A stretch of DNA of 64,000 nt, from contig CAXXTB010000002.1 of the NCBI GenBank assembly GCA_963676795.2, forward strand, positions 2,240,001 through 2,304,000, written 5' to 3'. The position numbers were made by a program, and so were the translations under genes. This document shows positions 10,642 through 22,399 of this stretch, in pieces. The notes beneath the pieces are model-generated. The model did not search any database and was not told the DNA's origin. It saw only the letters and a program-made list of their open reading frames with translations. The stretch comes from Geopsychrobacteraceae bacterium (GTDB lineage Bacteria > Desulfobacterota > Desulfuromonadia > Desulfuromonadales > Geopsychrobacteraceae). Numbering within the stretch: position 1 is the stretch's first letter; each line of letters starts with the position of its first letter.

Positions 10642-11832
10642 TCAGTCAACCTGACGACGCAGGAATGTCGGGATATCGAACTGCTCATCGTCAACAAAGA
10701 GGTCACGGGTTTGACTTGGCAGATCGCGGGATCTCCTGCCAAAGCTTCCCGCACTCTGCTGATTACGAACGATGGTCGGCACGTCAAGATCGACCTTGGC
10801 ACTCGCCTGAGCCATCATCTGAGTGCGCTGCTTCTCGATGTCAGCGACAGTTTTTTCTTCCTTCTTGATTTCAAAGTTATCACCGAATCCGGTCGCAATC
10901 GCAGTGATCTTGATCAGATCACCAAGGCTTTCGTCGATAACCAGTCCAACGATGATATTCGCGTTTTCATGAACTTTTTCGTGAATAATAGTGGAGGCTT
11001 CCTCGAACTCTTCCATGGTCATACTGGAAGAACCGGAGATATTAACCAGCACACCCATTGCTCCGGAGATATCGATCTCTTCGAGCAGCGGACTGCTGAT
11101 CGCACTGTGTGCGGCCTCGGATGCTCTGCGCTCGCCTTCTGCGACTCCGATCCCCATCATCGCCATACCACGGTTACTCATGACAGTACGCACATCGGCA
11201 AAGTCGACGTTGATCAGACCTTCTGTGGTGATCAGATCGGAGATCCCCTGAACGGCCTGGCGCAGCACATCGTCGGCCGGCTTGAAGGCATCGAGGATAC
11301 TCATGTTTTTACCGGCAAGACCAAGCAGACGATCATTCGGAACAACGACCAGCGAATCGACAACCTCGCGCAGGGCAGCAATCCCCTCATCGGCGCGGAC
11401 CATCCGCTGACGACCTTCACGGGTGAAGGGTTTGGTGACAACACCGACAGTCAATGCGCCGGCCTCTTTTGCCGCTGCCGCGATAATCGGTGCAGCACCG
11501 GTTCCGGTGCCGCCGCCCATACCAGCTGCGACGAAGACCATATCCGCCCCTTCAAACAGCTCAACCAGGCGCGCCTTATCCTCTTCTGCAGCCTGACGAC
11601 CCACTTCAGGGTTTGCCCCGGCACCAAGACCTTTTGTCAGCCCGGTCCCGAGCTGGATCTTCATTGCAGCTTCACTGCGTCTCAGAGCCTGAGCATCGGT
11701 ATTAGCGGCCAGAAACTCTACACCATTGACATGATTACGAATCATGGTATTGACGGCATTACCACCACCGCCACCGACGCCGATAACCTTGATCTTCGCC
11801 GCTTGATCCAATGATTCCTCAAACTGGAACAT
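10642..11832 (-). CDS. ftsZ: Cell division protein FtsZ
   Basis: [24 protein letters not shown]-terminal [18 protein letters not shown] before MFQFEES. Confidence 0.98.
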   Translation of the reverse strand: MFQFEESLDQAAKIKVIGVGGGGGNAVNTMIRNHVNGVEFLAANTDAQALRRSEAAMKIQLGTGLTKGLGAGANPEVGRQAAEEDKARLVELFEGADMVFVAAGMGGGTGTGAAPIIAAAAKEAGALTVGVVTKPFTREGRQRMVRADEGIAALREVVDSLVVVPNDRLLGLAGKNMSILDAFKPADDVLRQAVQGISDLITTEGLINVDFADVRTVMSNRGMAMMGIGVAEGERRASEAAHSAISSPLLEEIDISGAMGVLVNISGSSSMTMEEFEEASTIIHEKVHENANIIVGLVIDESLGDLIKITAIATGFGDNFEIKKEEKTVADIEKQRTQMMAQASAKVDLDVPTIVRNQQSAGSFGRRSRDLPSQTRDLFVDDEQFDIPTFLRRQVD

Positions 11833-11925
11833 GACTCCCTCTTGATTAGGCATAGTGCCCTCCCCTTTTATGTTACGCATGAGCTATCTCCACATAACTC
11901 ATGCTCGTTTACACTAATTTTAACT

Positions 11926-11954
11926 AATTTACCAAAACTCTATATTTTTGACAA
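11926..11954 (-). promoter_or_regulatory. Putative internal ftsZ promoter
   Basis: TTGTCA-17 nt-TAAATT with an extended TG, inside a very AT-rich spacer. Confidence 0.5.
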
Positions 11955-11976
11955 TAAATTATATAATAATTATCTA

Positions 11977-13206
11977 TTAAAAAAATTCGCCAAACCAGTC
12001 TTTCATGCGCTTTGTGATACGGTCGAACATGTTCGATTCACCAATCTTGAAATTCTGCACTTTCACATTGGCGCTTCCGTATTTGACGAGGCCGACACCT
12101 GTTGCGTAAACAGGTGAATTCACGACATCAACCAGGCCACCGATCCCCTGTGGCACACCGCGCCGCACCGGCAGGTTGAAGACCTGCTCTGCAAGCTCCG
12201 GCATCCCGGGAAGAATCGAACTGCCACCGGTCAGAACGATGCCAGATGCGATCATGCCGTCATAACCACTCTTGATAATTTCCCGGTTGATCAACGAGAA
12301 AATTTCTTCGACGCGCGGCTCAAGGATTTCAGCAAGCAGCTGACGGGAAAGAATCCGCGGCTCTCTGCCGCCGACCGAGGGAACCTCGATCGTTTCGTCC
12401 TTGCCCACCATCGAGGTCAGGCAGCAGCCGTAGGCCTGTTTGATCTTTTCTGCTTCAGCCATAGGGGTTCTCAAGCCGACAGCGATATCGTTGGTCAGGT
12501 GATCGCCACCGAGAGAGAGGACCGAGGTATGCTTGATCGCCCCTTCCGAAAAGATCGCCAGATCCGAGGTTCCGCCGCCGATATCGACAATGGCAACCCC
12601 CAACTCTTTTTCATCAGCAGACAGGACCGCTTCGCTGCTGGCCAACTGCTCAAGTACGATATCGGCAACATCGGCCCCGGCACGGTTACAGCTTTTGACT
12701 ATATTCTGGGCACTGGCCACGGCACCTGTAACAATGTGGACCTTGGCCTCGAGGCGTACCCCACTCATGCCGAGCGGTTCACGGATACCATCCTGATCAT
12801 CGATAATGAATTCCTGCGGCAGGATATGCAGCACTTCGCGATCCATCGGAATGGCGATCGCCTTGGCGGCATCAATCACCCTTTGCAGGTCCTCATCTGT
12901 AACTTCACGATTCTTGATGGCAATAACCCCTTGCGAATTCAGCCCCTTGATATGCCCCCCCGCGATGCCAGCAAAAACCGATTTGATTTCGCAGCCAGCC
13001 ATCAGTTCGGCTTCACGAATCGCTTTCTGAATCGCCGTAACGGTACTTTCGATGTTGATCACAACACCCTTCCTCAGCCCCTTTGACGGACTGGTACCAA
13101 TGCCGACAATCTCCAGACCTTCTTCGGTCATATGTCCGACGATGCAACAGATTTTGGTTGTCCCGATGTCGAGACCAACAATCAGATTATCTACTTTCCT
13201 GCTCAT
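11977..13206 (-). CDS. ftsA: Cell division protein FtsA
   Basis: GLDIGTTKI, DIGGGT, VLTGG, C-terminal amphipathic helix. Confidence 0.98.
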   Translation of the reverse strand: MSRKVDNLIVGLDIGTTKICCIVGHMTEEGLEIVGIGTSPSKGLRKGVVINIESTVTAIQKAIREAELMAGCEIKSVFAGIAGGHIKGLNSQGVIAIKNREVTDEDLQRVIDAAKAIAIPMDREVLHILPQEFIIDDQDGIREPLGMSGVRLEAKVHIVTGAVASAQNIVKSCNRAGADVADIVLEQLASSEAVLSADEKELGVAIVDIGGGTSDLAIFSEGAIKHTSVLSLGGDHLTNDIAVGLRTPMAEAEKIKQAYGCCLTSMVGKDETIEVPSVGGREPRILSRQLLAEILEPRVEEIFSLINREIIKSGYDGMIASGIVLTGGSSILPGMPELAEQVFNLPVRRGVPQGIGGLVDVVNSPVYATGVGLVKYGSANVKVQNFKIGESNMFDRITKRMKDWFGEFF

Positions 13207-13221
13207 GAGACCCCCTTGGTA

Positions 13222-14070
13222 TCAGCTTCTCGCCGCTGCTCGCGGCCGCTCGATACGCACAATAATTTTTTCGTTAACATTCAGATCTATATAATCAAGC
13301 ACTTTGAACTGCGGTTTCAGTTGTACATAGATTTTCTCGAGACGATCCAGCTTGTCACTGAACTGACCACGCCCGAGCCTGATCTCTACGGCATTTTCCA
13401 GGGTGAAAAGCGTCAGATTTCCATTTTCTTCATGATGAATTTCCGAGATCTGTTTCAGTCCCAATCTGTCCCGTTGACCAAGATTGTCGATCAGGGCAAC
13501 GATCTGTTTCAGGCAAACGGCATACTCGGGGTCATGCCCCTGGGCACGCTCATACTCAAAACCCGTAATCATCGGATAATCGAGTTCATCGTTGGCATCA
13601 AGAACCTTGAACACTTCGCCCTGATCATCCAGATAATAGAGCAGGCCAAGATTGATAATTGCGACCGGCTGCCGCTCTTCCAGCTCTATCGCGACCTGCC
13701 GCGGAAAGATCCGGCTCACCCGGGCCTGACGGATCCAGGGATTCGCCTCAAGCTGTTCACCGATCAGGGCAAGATCAAGATTGAATGTATTGACCCCGAA
13801 CTGAATATCTGACAGAGCGACAACCTGACGCTCCCCCAGATGCTGCCCGCCCTGAACGCTGATCCTGTCGACCCTGAACAGATCAGAGGACATCACCAGC
13901 TGAAAGAGAAAGAAACCGCCGACGCTGACCAGGACAAAACTGCCCGCAAACAGGCTGATACGAAAGCTACGATGGAGCAGTTTGCGCCAGTTGACCGCCT
14001 TTTTTTCACGCTTGCGCCGGTTGTTGCGTACCTTATTGGCTTTCGCGCTTTTCGCTTTCAGATCACGCAT
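13222..14070 (-). CDS. ftsQ: Cell division protein FtsQ/DivIB
   Basis: Basic N-terminus, one TM helix, POTRA domain (NPWIRQARVSRIFP); dcw position. Confidence 0.9.
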   Translation of the reverse strand: MRDLKAKSAKANKVRNNRRKREKKAVNWRKLLHRSFRISLFAGSFVLVSVGGFFLFQLVMSSDLFRVDRISVQGGQHLGERQVVALSDIQFGVNTFNLDLALIGEQLEANPWIRQARVSRIFPRQVAIELEERQPVAIINLGLLYYLDDQGEVFKVLDANDELDYPMITGFEYERAQGHDPEYAVCLKQIVALIDNLGQRDRLGLKQISEIHHEENGNLTLFTLENAVEIRLGRGQFSDKLDRLEKIYVQLKPQFKVLDYIDLNVNEKIIVRIERPRAAARS

Positions 14071-14077
14071 AACACCC

Positions 14078-15010
14078 CTATTTGTCAAGATCGGCGTCGA
14101 GCAGAATCATCTCTGCCAACTCTGCGAAACTGATTCCGGCCTGTGCTGCAGCCTTCGGCAACAGGCTTGTCGCAGTCATCCCGGGAATCGTGTTGACTTC
14201 AATACAGTAGAAATCTTCGCCACTTAGCATGAAATCGACCCGGGCAGCCCCGCGACAGCCCAGAGATTTGCAGGCCTTTTCTGCAGCTTCCTGCACCCTT
14301 GCATACACTGCAGCGGGTACCGGCGCAGGCAGCAGATACTCGGTATCGCCGCTTAAGTACTTGGCCTGGTAGTCATAAAAGCCGCTTTTCGGTACGATCT
14401 GAATGACCGGCAGAGCCCGGCCGTTCAGAACCGAGACAGTCAGTTCGACACCGTCGATGAACTCTTCAACCAGAACCGTCCCATCGAGCAGCTCCGCCGC
14501 CCTGATCCCCTTAAACAGCGCATTTTTGTCCCTGGCGATACTGATGCCGATCGTCGAGCCTTCGCGCGACGGCTTGACAATCAACGGCAGCTTTTGACAA
14601 CGCTGATAGAGATCATCGAGAGAATCGCCCGGGCGCTTGAAATCGAAAGCCGGGGTCGGCAACTGATGATAGAGCAGTAACTGCTTGGTCACGACCTTGT
14701 CGATGGCGACGCTCGACGCCAGAACCCCGCTGCCCGTGTATGGGATCTGAAGCATCTCCAGCAGCCCCTGCACCCTGCCGTCCTCGCCGTAACGGCCGTG
14801 CAGCGCCACGAAGGCAACTTCGATTTTTGCTAAGCTCAGCTGTTCCGGCAGGTTATCAGCGACATCGATAGCGCTAACCTCATAGCCACGTTCCAGCAGT
14901 GCCGCAACGACCGCCTGTCCGGTCTTCAGGGAGATCTCACGTTCAGCGGACTTGCCGCCGAGCAGGACGCCGATCCGTTTATTCAGCATGTCTGAACGAG
15001 ACCAGCTCAT
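14078..15010 (-). CDS. ddl: D-alanine--D-alanine ligase
   Basis: GGKSAEREISL, LHGRYGEDG, FYDYQAKY, EVNTIPG. Confidence 0.97.
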   Translation of the reverse strand: MSWSRSDMLNKRIGVLLGGKSAEREISLKTGQAVVAALLERGYEVSAIDVADNLPEQLSLAKIEVAFVALHGRYGEDGRVQGLLEMLQIPYTGSGVLASSVAIDKVVTKQLLLYHQLPTPAFDFKRPGDSLDDLYQRCQKLPLIVKPSREGSTIGISIARDKNALFKGIRAAELLDGTVLVEEFIDGVELTVSVLNGRALPVIQIVPKSGFYDYQAKYLSGDTEYLLPAPVPAAVYARVQEAAEKACKSLGCRGAARVDFMLSGEDFYCIEVNTIPGMTATSLLPKAAAQAGISFAELAEMILLDADLDK

Positions 15011-16395
15011 CAGCCAACCTGCCCTTTCTCAGTGAGTCTGTCGGCAACCAGTTGACAGACCTGATTGACATTTCCAGCGCCCAGGGTCACGACCATATCG
15101 TTAGCCTCGACCATCTGCGCGACCCGGTCTGCGGCCTCTTCGAGTGAATCACAATAGCTGACACTCTTGTGTCCGTGCTCATTGATCCCCCTGGCCAAAG
15201 CTTCGCCTGTCGCGCCCTCGATGGCATCTTCGCCGGCCGCGTAAACAGGGGTTACAATCAGGTGATCGGCATCGTAAAAGGCCGTCTGAAACTCAGCAAA
15301 AAGCGATGAAGTTCTGCTGTAGCGGTGCGGTTGAAAGACAGCGATAACCCGTTTGTTCCAGCCGCTCTTCGCCGCGGCGAGGGTTGCCCTGATCTCGGCC
15401 GGATGATGCCCGTAGTCATCGATCAGCATAATCCCGTTGACTTCGCTGCGTAGCTGGAAACGGCGCTGCAAACCGCCAAAGTTGCGGAAGCCGCCGACGA
15501 CAGTCTGGAACGGAATTTCCAGTTCATGGGCAATAGCGATAACGGCCAGCGCGTTAAGAACATTGTGGCGTCCCGGCATACGGAACGAGACCCGCCCCAG
15601 TTCCTCCCCGTTATGATAAGCGGTAAAACTGGTCCGGCCCTGTCGATGCTGTATTTCATCCGCATAAAAATCGGCCTGGCTGCTGAAACCATAGGTGGTG
15701 TAACGCTTCTTGACCTCAGGCAGGATATCCTGAATATTACGATCCTCGAGGCACAGGATGGCCTTGCCGTAGAAAGGAATCTTGTTGATGAAATCGATAA
15801 ACACCTGCTTGATCTGATCGATGCCGGAATAGTAGTCGAGGTGATCCTCATCGATATTGGTCACCACGGCGATAGTCGGCGACAGATGAAGAAAGGAGCC
15901 ATCTGACTCATCGGCTTCGGCAACGATAAACTTGCCGCGACCCAGCTTGGCATTGGAACCGAAGACATCCAGTTTGCCACCGATAACAGCGGTCGGATCG
16001 ATCCCGGCATGATGCAGGACAACCGAAGCCATGCTGGTCGTCGTCGTCTTGCCGTGCGTACCGGCGATGGCGATGCCGTACTTCATGCGCATAAGTTCCG
16101 CCAGCATTTCCGCCCGGGGGATGACCGCGATGTGCTGACGCAGCGCTTCGACGACTTCGGCATTACTGGCCTTGACTGCTGTCGAGGTCACCACGACATC
16201 GACTCCTTCGATATTCTCTGCGGTGTGACCGATTTTTATCTCGCCGCCGAGTTCCGCCAGTCTGCGGGTGGTATCGCTCTCCTTCAGGTCTGACCCTGAA
16301 ACGCGATAGCCCTGATTGAGCAGCACTTCAGCAATACCGCTCATACCGATTCCGCCGATTCCGACAAAATGTATCTTCTTGATCCGTCCGTACAT
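15010..16395 (-). CDS. murC: UDP-N-acetylmuramate--L-alanine ligase
   Basis: [39 protein letters not shown] before MYGRIK. Confidence 0.97.
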   Translation of the reverse strand: MYGRIKKIHFVGIGGIGMSGIAEVLLNQGYRVSGSDLKESDTTRRLAELGGEIKIGHTAENIEGVDVVVTSTAVKASNAEVVEALRQHIAVIPRAEMLAELMRMKYGIAIAGTHGKTTTTSMASVVLHHAGIDPTAVIGGKLDVFGSNAKLGRGKFIVAEADESDGSFLHLSPTIAVVTNIDEDHLDYYSGIDQIKQVFIDFINKIPFYGKAILCLEDRNIQDILPEVKKRYTTYGFSSQADFYADEIQHRQGRTSFTAYHNGEELGRVSFRMPGRHNVLNALAVIAIAHELEIPFQTVVGGFRNFGGLQRRFQLRSEVNGIMLIDDYGHHPAEIRATLAAAKSGWNKRVIAVFQPHRYSRTSSLFAEFQTAFYDADHLIVTPVYAAGEDAIEGATGEALARGINEHGHKSVSYCDSLEEAADRVAQMVEANDMVVTLGAGNVNQVCQLVADRLTEKGQVG

Positions 16396-16406
16396 TCTTC
16401 GGCTCC

Positions 16407-17480
16407 TTATCCTGCCACCAGGGCACGACATTCATCCAGGATGCGTTCCGCTGCCCCCGGTTGCCCCAGTTTTTCACAGTGATTGGCCATAGCCTCAAGC
16501 TCATGGCGGTTGTTCAGCAGATTTCTGATCAGCTTGACCAGATCCTTGCCGTTCAGATTGTCTTGACTGATCATCAGCGCTGCCCCGGCCCTTTCCAGCA
16601 CGCGGGCATTGGCCGTCTGATGGTCAGCAGCCGCGTACGGATAAGGGATCAGAATCGCCGGCCGGCCACAGACGGTCAGTTCGGCGAGGGTCGTTGCCCC
16701 AGACCGGCAGACAACCAGCGCTGCGCTGGCATATGCCTCAGCCATATTGTCAATAAAGGGCACGACCTGTGCGTTTGTCATCCCGGCGTCCTGATAGGCC
16801 TGCCTGGTCCGGGAAAAATCCGCTTCGCCGGTCTGATGGATGATCCCCGGACAGTCGGCCCAGTCCTTCAGATCCGGGAGCATGTCGACCATGACCTGGT
16901 TGATCGCCCTGGCGCCCCGGCTACCACCAAACACCAGTAGCTTTCCGTTGTAAGGCAGGCCGACACCAAGCTGTTCCAGTGCGGGCCGCACCGGATTGCC
17001 GGTCACACAGACCTTTTCAGCAGGAAAGCTCTCCGCGCAGGAGGTAAAGGAAAGGCAGACCCGCGACACCCGCTTGCCGAGAAACCTGTTACCCAGCCCG
17101 GCGATCGCGTTCTGCTCATGAAGCAGTGTCGCAATCTTCAATTTTCTGGCAGCCAGCAGCACCGGCACCGAGGCATAGCCACCGACACCGACGACCAGGT
17201 CCGGCCGGAACTCTCGGATAATCTGTTTCGCTTGACTAATGCTCTTGAGCAGCTTCGGCACCATTTCCAGCCTGCCGCGCCAGCCGCGGCCGACAACGCC
17301 GACCATATCAACGGTCTTGAGCGGCAGGCCAAGCTTGGGCAGCATTTTCGCTTCAAGGCCACGCTCGGTACCGACAAACAGGACCTCTGCCGCAGCATCC
17401 TGCTCCTGCAGTTTCTGAGCGATTGCGATGGCAGGGAACAGATGCCCTCCGGTTCCTCCTCCAGCCAGCAGCATTCTCAT
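16407..17480 (-). CDS. murG: MurG glycosyltransferase
   Basis: [24 protein letters not shown] overlap with ftsW. Confidence 0.97.
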   Translation of the reverse strand: MRMLLAGGGTGGHLFPAIAIAQKLQEQDAAAEVLFVGTERGLEAKMLPKLGLPLKTVDMVGVVGRGWRGRLEMVPKLLKSISQAKQIIREFRPDLVVGVGGYASVPVLLAARKLKIATLLHEQNAIAGLGNRFLGKRVSRVCLSFTSCAESFPAEKVCVTGNPVRPALEQLGVGLPYNGKLLVFGGSRGARAINQVMVDMLPDLKDWADCPGIIHQTGEADFSRTRQAYQDAGMTNAQVVPFIDNMAEAYASAALVVCRSGATTLAELTVCGRPAILIPYPYAAADHQTANARVLERAGAALMISQDNLNGKDLVKLIRNLLNNRHELEAMANHCEKLGQPGAAERILDECRALVAG

Positions 17481-18580
17481 TTTTTCACCTCCAGCGAGCT
17501 GGAGATATTCAGCAGAATACCGATCGCAGTGAGGCAGACGATCAGACTGGTACCACCGTAGGAGATGAATGGCAGTGGCAACCCCTTGGTCGGCAGCAGT
17601 CCCATACAGACGCCGATATTGACGAAGGCCTCCAGGCCAAACAGGGCACTGAGGCCAAATGCCAGATTCCGCCCGAAGGCATCCTGACAGCTCAGGGCGA
17701 TGCGGATTCCGCACAGAACCAGCATCAGAAACAACCCGGCGATCAGCAGCACCCCAACCAGCCCCAGCTCCTCACCAATGACCGAAAAAATGAAATCGGT
17801 ATGAGCTTCGGGCAGATAGAACAGTTTCTGTTCGCCGATCCCCAGCCCCTGGCCGAACACCCCCCCCTTGCCGAAGGCAACCAAACTCTGGATAATCTGA
17901 AAGCCGGTGTCGAAGGGATCTTCCCAGGGATTGAGAAATGCCATGATACGACGTTTACGGTAATCGACATTCATGACCAGAAAATAGAGCACCGGCAGCG
18001 ACATCAGGATTGTCGGAGCGATATAGACCCAGCGGACTCCCGCCACGATCAGCATCGACATGGAGACCCCGGCAATGATCATGGCGCTGCCGAGATCCGG
18101 CTGTTTGAGCAGCATGCCGAGCAGCACGGCCAGAACGATCATGTACGGCAGGTAGCCCTTGGTCAGGGAGCGGACCTTCTCCTTTTTGCGGGTCAGCGAA
18201 TGGGCCAGATAGAGCACCATCGCCAGTTTTACCAGCTCCGCCGGCTGCAGGGTAAAGCCCGGGGTTCTCAGCCAGCGCATGGCACCGCCGACCCGGATCC
18301 CCAGCCCCGGCACAAAGAGCAGCGCCAGCAGCACAATGCTCACACCGAGACTCAAAAAGGCCAGCTTGCGCCAGTTCTGATAATTGAAGTAGGTCGCAAC
18401 GGCCATACAGACAAAGCCGAGCGCCGTATAGGTGACCTGACGCTTGAGAAAATAGAAGCCATCATGAAAGCGGTCAGCAGCCATGATTGCCGATGATGAA
18501 TAGACCATGACCATACCGATAAAGGTCAGGGAAACGGTCAGCAGCAGCACCGTGGTATCGACATTGCGGCGCAGGATCAT
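17477..18580 (-). CDS. ftsW: Peptidoglycan glycosyltransferase FtsW
   Basis: SEDS motifs QPAELVK, LPEAHTDFIF, PFISYGGTS. Confidence 0.97.
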   Translation of the reverse strand: MILRRNVDTTVLLLTVSLTFIGMVMVYSSSAIMAADRFHDGFYFLKRQVTYTALGFVCMAVATYFNYQNWRKLAFLSLGVSIVLLALLFVPGLGIRVGGAMRWLRTPGFTLQPAELVKLAMVLYLAHSLTRKKEKVRSLTKGYLPYMIVLAVLLGMLLKQPDLGSAMIIAGVSMSMLIVAGVRWVYIAPTILMSLPVLYFLVMNVDYRKRRIMAFLNPWEDPFDTGFQIIQSLVAFGKGGVFGQGLGIGEQKLFYLPEAHTDFIFSVIGEELGLVGVLLIAGLFLMLVLCGIRIALSCQDAFGRNLAFGLSALFGLEAFVNIGVCMGLLPTKGLPLPFISYGGTSLIVCLTAIGILLNISSSLEVKK

Positions 18581-19938
18581 CAGCAGACCTCCCGTTCAGG
18601 AAGGGCGTTGACCAGGCGGGCAAACTCATCACCGCGTTGCTGGTAATTGACAAACATGTCGTAACTCGAACAGGCCGGCGACAGGAGGACGGTGTTCCCC
18701 GGCTCGGCGATTTCAGCAGCCTGCTGCACAGCGGCTTCAAGCGATCCTGCCATGCGGATTTCGCAGGCACCGGACAGTTCGGCCGCCATACGCCCGGCGG
18801 CTTCGCCGATCAAGATCAGGCTCTTGCCGCTTTTTTCCAGCAGAGGTCGCAGCGGCGCATATTCGCCGCCCTTGTCCTTGCCGCCGGCAATCAGGATAAC
18901 CCCCTGACTGAATCCTGTGAGGCTCTTGACCACACTGCCGACATTGGTCCCCTTGGAATCGTTGTACCAGTTCACGCCGCCCAGGCTGCGGACCAGCACC
19001 ATGCGGTGCTCCAGCCCGGCGAAGCGGCAGATCGCCTGCCAGGCCGTAGCAGGGTCACAACCGCGCAGGAGACAGGCAGCCAGTGCGGCCATGGCGTTTT
19101 CGACATTATGTTCGCCGGGCAATTGCAGCTGTTCCAGCGGGAAGCTGAGCTCCAGACCATCCCAGTTCCAGACCAGCCGGTTGCCGAGACGGACCAGGCC
19201 GCTGACCAGTCGGCCGCGGGCCGAAAACCAGACCTTGCGGGCGGCGATACCTTCCGCCATGCGTACAACCTCGCCATCGTCGGCATTGAGCACCGCGAAT
19301 TCACTGGCACCCATACGTGAGAATACCTGCATTTTGGCCCGGTAATAGCTATCAAGATCAGGGTAACGATCCAGATGATCCGGCGTCAGGTTGAGCAGCA
19401 GAGCGATCTGTGGCTTGAGCTGGTCAACCGTCTCCAGCTGGAATGACGAGAGCTCGACAACCAGCTCGTCGTGGTCTTTACCACAGGCATCAACCAGCGG
19501 CGTGCCGATGTTGCCGCCGACGAAAACACGGCGTCCGGCAGCTTTCAATGCTTCACCGATCAGCGATGTGGTTGTCGACTTGCCGTTGGTACCGGTAATC
19601 GCGATCAGCGGTGCGATCAATTCACGGGCTGCCAGCTCGATCTCGCCGAGCAACGGGATATTGCATGAAGCGGCGCGCTGCAGTGGCGGACAGTCGAGTG
19701 GCACGCCGGGACTGACGGCAACCATATCGGCCTGCTCGAAGAGTCTCAGGTCATGGCCACCCAGATCAAGGCGAACATTTAGGCCGGAGAGCAGATCGAG
19801 GTTTTTGATCTGATCGGCCGGACGCATATCGGACAGGGCGACCACCGCACCGCGCTCCACAAGGAAACGCACCAGGGCCAAACCGCTCAATCCGGCGCCG
19901 ATAACAACTATTCGCTTATTTCGAAAGTCCTGTTTCAT
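18580..19938 (-). CDS. murD: UDP-MurNAc-L-Ala--D-glutamate ligase
   Basis: [31 protein letters not shown]. Confidence 0.97.
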   Translation of the reverse strand: MKQDFRNKRIVVIGAGLSGLALVRFLVERGAVVALSDMRPADQIKNLDLLSGLNVRLDLGGHDLRLFEQADMVAVSPGVPLDCPPLQRAASCNIPLLGEIELAARELIAPLIAITGTNGKSTTTSLIGEALKAAGRRVFVGGNIGTPLVDACGKDHDELVVELSSFQLETVDQLKPQIALLLNLTPDHLDRYPDLDSYYRAKMQVFSRMGASEFAVLNADDGEVVRMAEGIAARKVWFSARGRLVSGLVRLGNRLVWNWDGLELSFPLEQLQLPGEHNVENAMAALAACLLRGCDPATAWQAICRFAGLEHRMVLVRSLGGVNWYNDSKGTNVGSVVKSLTGFSQGVILIAGGKDKGGEYAPLRPLLEKSGKSLILIGEAAGRMAAELSGACEIRMAGSLEAAVQQAAEIAEPGNTVLLSPACSSYDMFVNYQQRGDEFARLVNALPEREVC

Positions 19939-21011
19939 CTCAGTTTCAGTGTCGATAAGGCAACAAGCGCCAGGATGATGCTGATAATCCAGAAGCGGAC
20001 AATAATCTTCGGTTCCGGCCAACCCTTAAGTTCAAAATGATGATGGATCGGGGCCATGCGAAAGACACGTTTTCCCCAGTAGCGAAACGAGGCGACCTGA
20101 ACGATGACCGACAGGGCCTCAACGACAAAAATCCCGCCAACGATAACCAGCAGAATTTCGTTTTTGGTGATAACAGCGATGGAGCCGAGGGCGCCGCCGA
20201 GCGACAGGCTGCCAACATCGCCCATGAAGACCTGGGCCGGATAGGTATTGAACCAGAGAAAGCCGATCCCGGCGCCAGCCATGGCCCCGCACATAATCGC
20301 CAGCTCTCCGGCGCCCGGTACACTGGTAATCTGCAGATACTCGGACAGTCTGGCGTTACCGGCCAGGTAGGCGAGCAGCAGAAAGGTTCCCGCGGCGATG
20401 ATCGTCGGCCCGATGGCCAGACCGTCCAGACCGTCGGTCAGATTGACCGCATTACTCGCTCCGACCATAACCAGCATGGCAAAGGGGATATAGAAGACAC
20501 CGAGATCGGGATGGACGTTCTTGAGAAACGGAATACTCAGATGGGTCTCAAAACCCGCTGAAAAATAGAGCAGCAATGCCGCCGCCAGAGCAATCAGGAT
20601 CTGCCAGAACATTTTCTGGCGGCCGGAGATACCATCACTGTTTTTGCGCACCACCTTGCGATAGTCATCGACAAAGCCGATCGCTCCGTATCCGGCGGTC
20701 ACCAGCAGGGCGATCCAGATGTAAAGATTGCCCAGGTCGGCCCAGAGCAGGGTCGGCACGATAATCGCCAGCAGAATCAGCGACCCGCCCATGGTCGGCG
20801 TCCCTTCTTTGACGAAATGGGACTCGGGCCCGACCTTGCGGATCGATTGTCCGATCTGCATTTTCTGCAGAGTCGCGATCAGCCAGGGGCCCACGATAAA
20901 GGAGATCAGCAGAGCCGTGATCGTCGCGTAGATCGTCCTGAAGGTGATGTAACGAAAGACGTAGAGGACTGAATAGTCCGTGTGTAATGGGTACAAAAGA
21001 TGATAAAGCAT
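19935..21011 (-). CDS. mraY: Phospho-N-acetylmuramoyl-pentapeptide transferase
   Basis: [30 protein letters not shown]. Confidence 0.98.
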   Translation of the reverse strand: MLYHLLYPLHTDYSVLYVFRYITFRTIYATITALLISFIVGPWLIATLQKMQIGQSIRKVGPESHFVKEGTPTMGGSLILLAIIVPTLLWADLGNLYIWIALLVTAGYGAIGFVDDYRKVVRKNSDGISGRQKMFWQILIALAAALLLYFSAGFETHLSIPFLKNVHPDLGVFYIPFAMLVMVGASNAVNLTDGLDGLAIGPTIIAAGTFLLLAYLAGNARLSEYLQITSVPGAGELAIMCGAMAGAGIGFLWFNTYPAQVFMGDVGSLSLGGALGSIAVITKNEILLVIVGGIFVVEALSVIVQVASFRYWGKRVFRMAPIHHHFELKGWPEPKIIVRFWIISIILALVALSTLKLR

Positions 21012-21016
21012 CCCTG

Positions 21017-22399
21017 TTAAACCCCTTTCTCTTCGACTTCGGCGGTTTTCAACATGACAACCAGTTGATCCAGCTTGACCCCGCGCGAGCCTTTGACCAG
21101 GATCCGGTCGGCGGAGCGCTGTTCTTCCTGAAGCAGGGCTGTAGCTGCAGCGACATCCTCAACCGCGCTGATTTTTTCTGCGCTCATCCCCGCTTCCGCG
21201 GCCCCGGCACAGATCGCTTGGGCAAACTGGCCAACGGCAACAAGCCGGTCGGCCACAGCGGCAGCCTTGCGACCAAGCTCATGATGAAACTGCTCTGATC
21301 GCTCGCCAAGCTCGAGCATGTCACCAAGCACGGCGATTCTGCGCCCCTGGCCGGCCAGGGATTTGAGAGCGTTCAGTGCAGCTGCTGCCGATAGCGGATT
21401 CGAGTTATAGCTGTCATCAAGCAGCAGGCCACCGCAGGTCAGCGGGAAAAGATTCATCCGCCCCTTGGCCGGGACAAAACTTTCGAGCCCGGCGACAATC
21501 AGCTCGAGAGCGACGTTCAATTCGTAAGCCGCTGCAGCAGCGGCCAGGGCGTTGTATACGTTATGTTCTCCCGGCAATGCGAGTCGCACCCGGCTACGTC
21601 GACCATCCATCAACAGATCAAAAAATACTTCATCGGAACCGGCCTGGATCGCCTCCGCCCTGACCTGTGCCTCAGGGTTCAGACCATAGGTCAGGCGCTT
21701 GACGTTGTTCGCCAGCGGCAGTCGCGCGACGCGCTGATCGTCGAGATTGACGATAGCCGTCCCCCCCTGCAGGCCGACAAAAAGCTCTCCCTTGGCCCTG
21801 GCGACACCGTCAAGACCATGCAAGGTTTCCAGGTGGGCTTCACCGATATTGGTAATGATCCCGACGGTTGGCTGAGCAATCTCGGTCAGCCGCTCAATTT
21901 CCCCAAGGGCGCTGGTGCCCATTTCGATCACAGCCCACTGGTGGGCCGCTTCCAGGCGTAGCAGGGTCAGCGGCAGACCGATCAGGTTGTTGAAGTTGCC
22001 CGCTGTTTTCAAACCGGGACCGACCTGACCGAGGATGCTGGCCAGCATCTCCTTGGTTGTGGTTTTACCGGCAGAACCGGTTACGGCAACCAGCGGCCCC
22101 TGCAATTGCAGACGATAGGCTGCGGCGATATCGCCAAGAGCACGCAGAGTACTGGTGACACAGACAACCGGAACACTTAACCCTTCGATATACTCTTCAC
22201 TGAGACAGGCCGACGCACCTTTTTTGACCGCCTGACTGATATAGTCGTGACCATCAAAACGCTCACCACGCAGAGGGACAAAAAGTGCTCCCGGCTCGAT
22301 ATTACGGCTGTCGGTCGACACTCCGCTGATCTGCACGGCAGGCTGTTTGCCGATGAGCTTGCCTCCGGCTATCCTCGCGATACGTTCCAGATCAAACAT
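21017..22399 (-). CDS. murF: UDP-MurNAc-tripeptide--D-Ala-D-Ala ligase
   Basis: [31 protein letters not shown]. Confidence 0.97.
   Translation of the reverse strand: MFDLERIARIAGGKLIGKQPAVQISGVSTDSRNIEPGALFVPLRGERFDGHDYISQAVKKGASACLSEEYIEGLSVPVVCVTSTLRALGDIAAAYRLQLQGPLVAVTGSAGKTTTKEMLASILGQVGPGLKTAGNFNNLIGLPLTLLRLEAAHQWAVIEMGTSALGEIERLTEIAQPTVGIITNIGEAHLETLHGLDGVARAKGELFVGLQGGTAIVNLDDQRVARLPLANNVKRLTYGLNPEAQVRAEAIQAGSDEVFFDLLMDGRRSRVRLALPGEHNVYNALAAAAAAYELNVALELIVAGLESFVPAKGRMNLFPLTCGGLLLDDSYNSNPLSAAAALNALKSLAGQGRRIAVLGDMLELGERSEQFHHELGRKAAAVADRLVAVGQFAQAICAGAAEAGMSAEKISAVEDVAAATALLQEEQRSADRILVKGSRGVKLDQLVVMLKTAEVEEKGV

Noticed and set aside
11948..11976. Antisense promoter into ftsA starting at a plus-strand TTGACA
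   Set aside because: The hexamer at 17-nt spacing is TATCTA, lacking the conserved final T, and AT-rich DNA gives such matches by chance.
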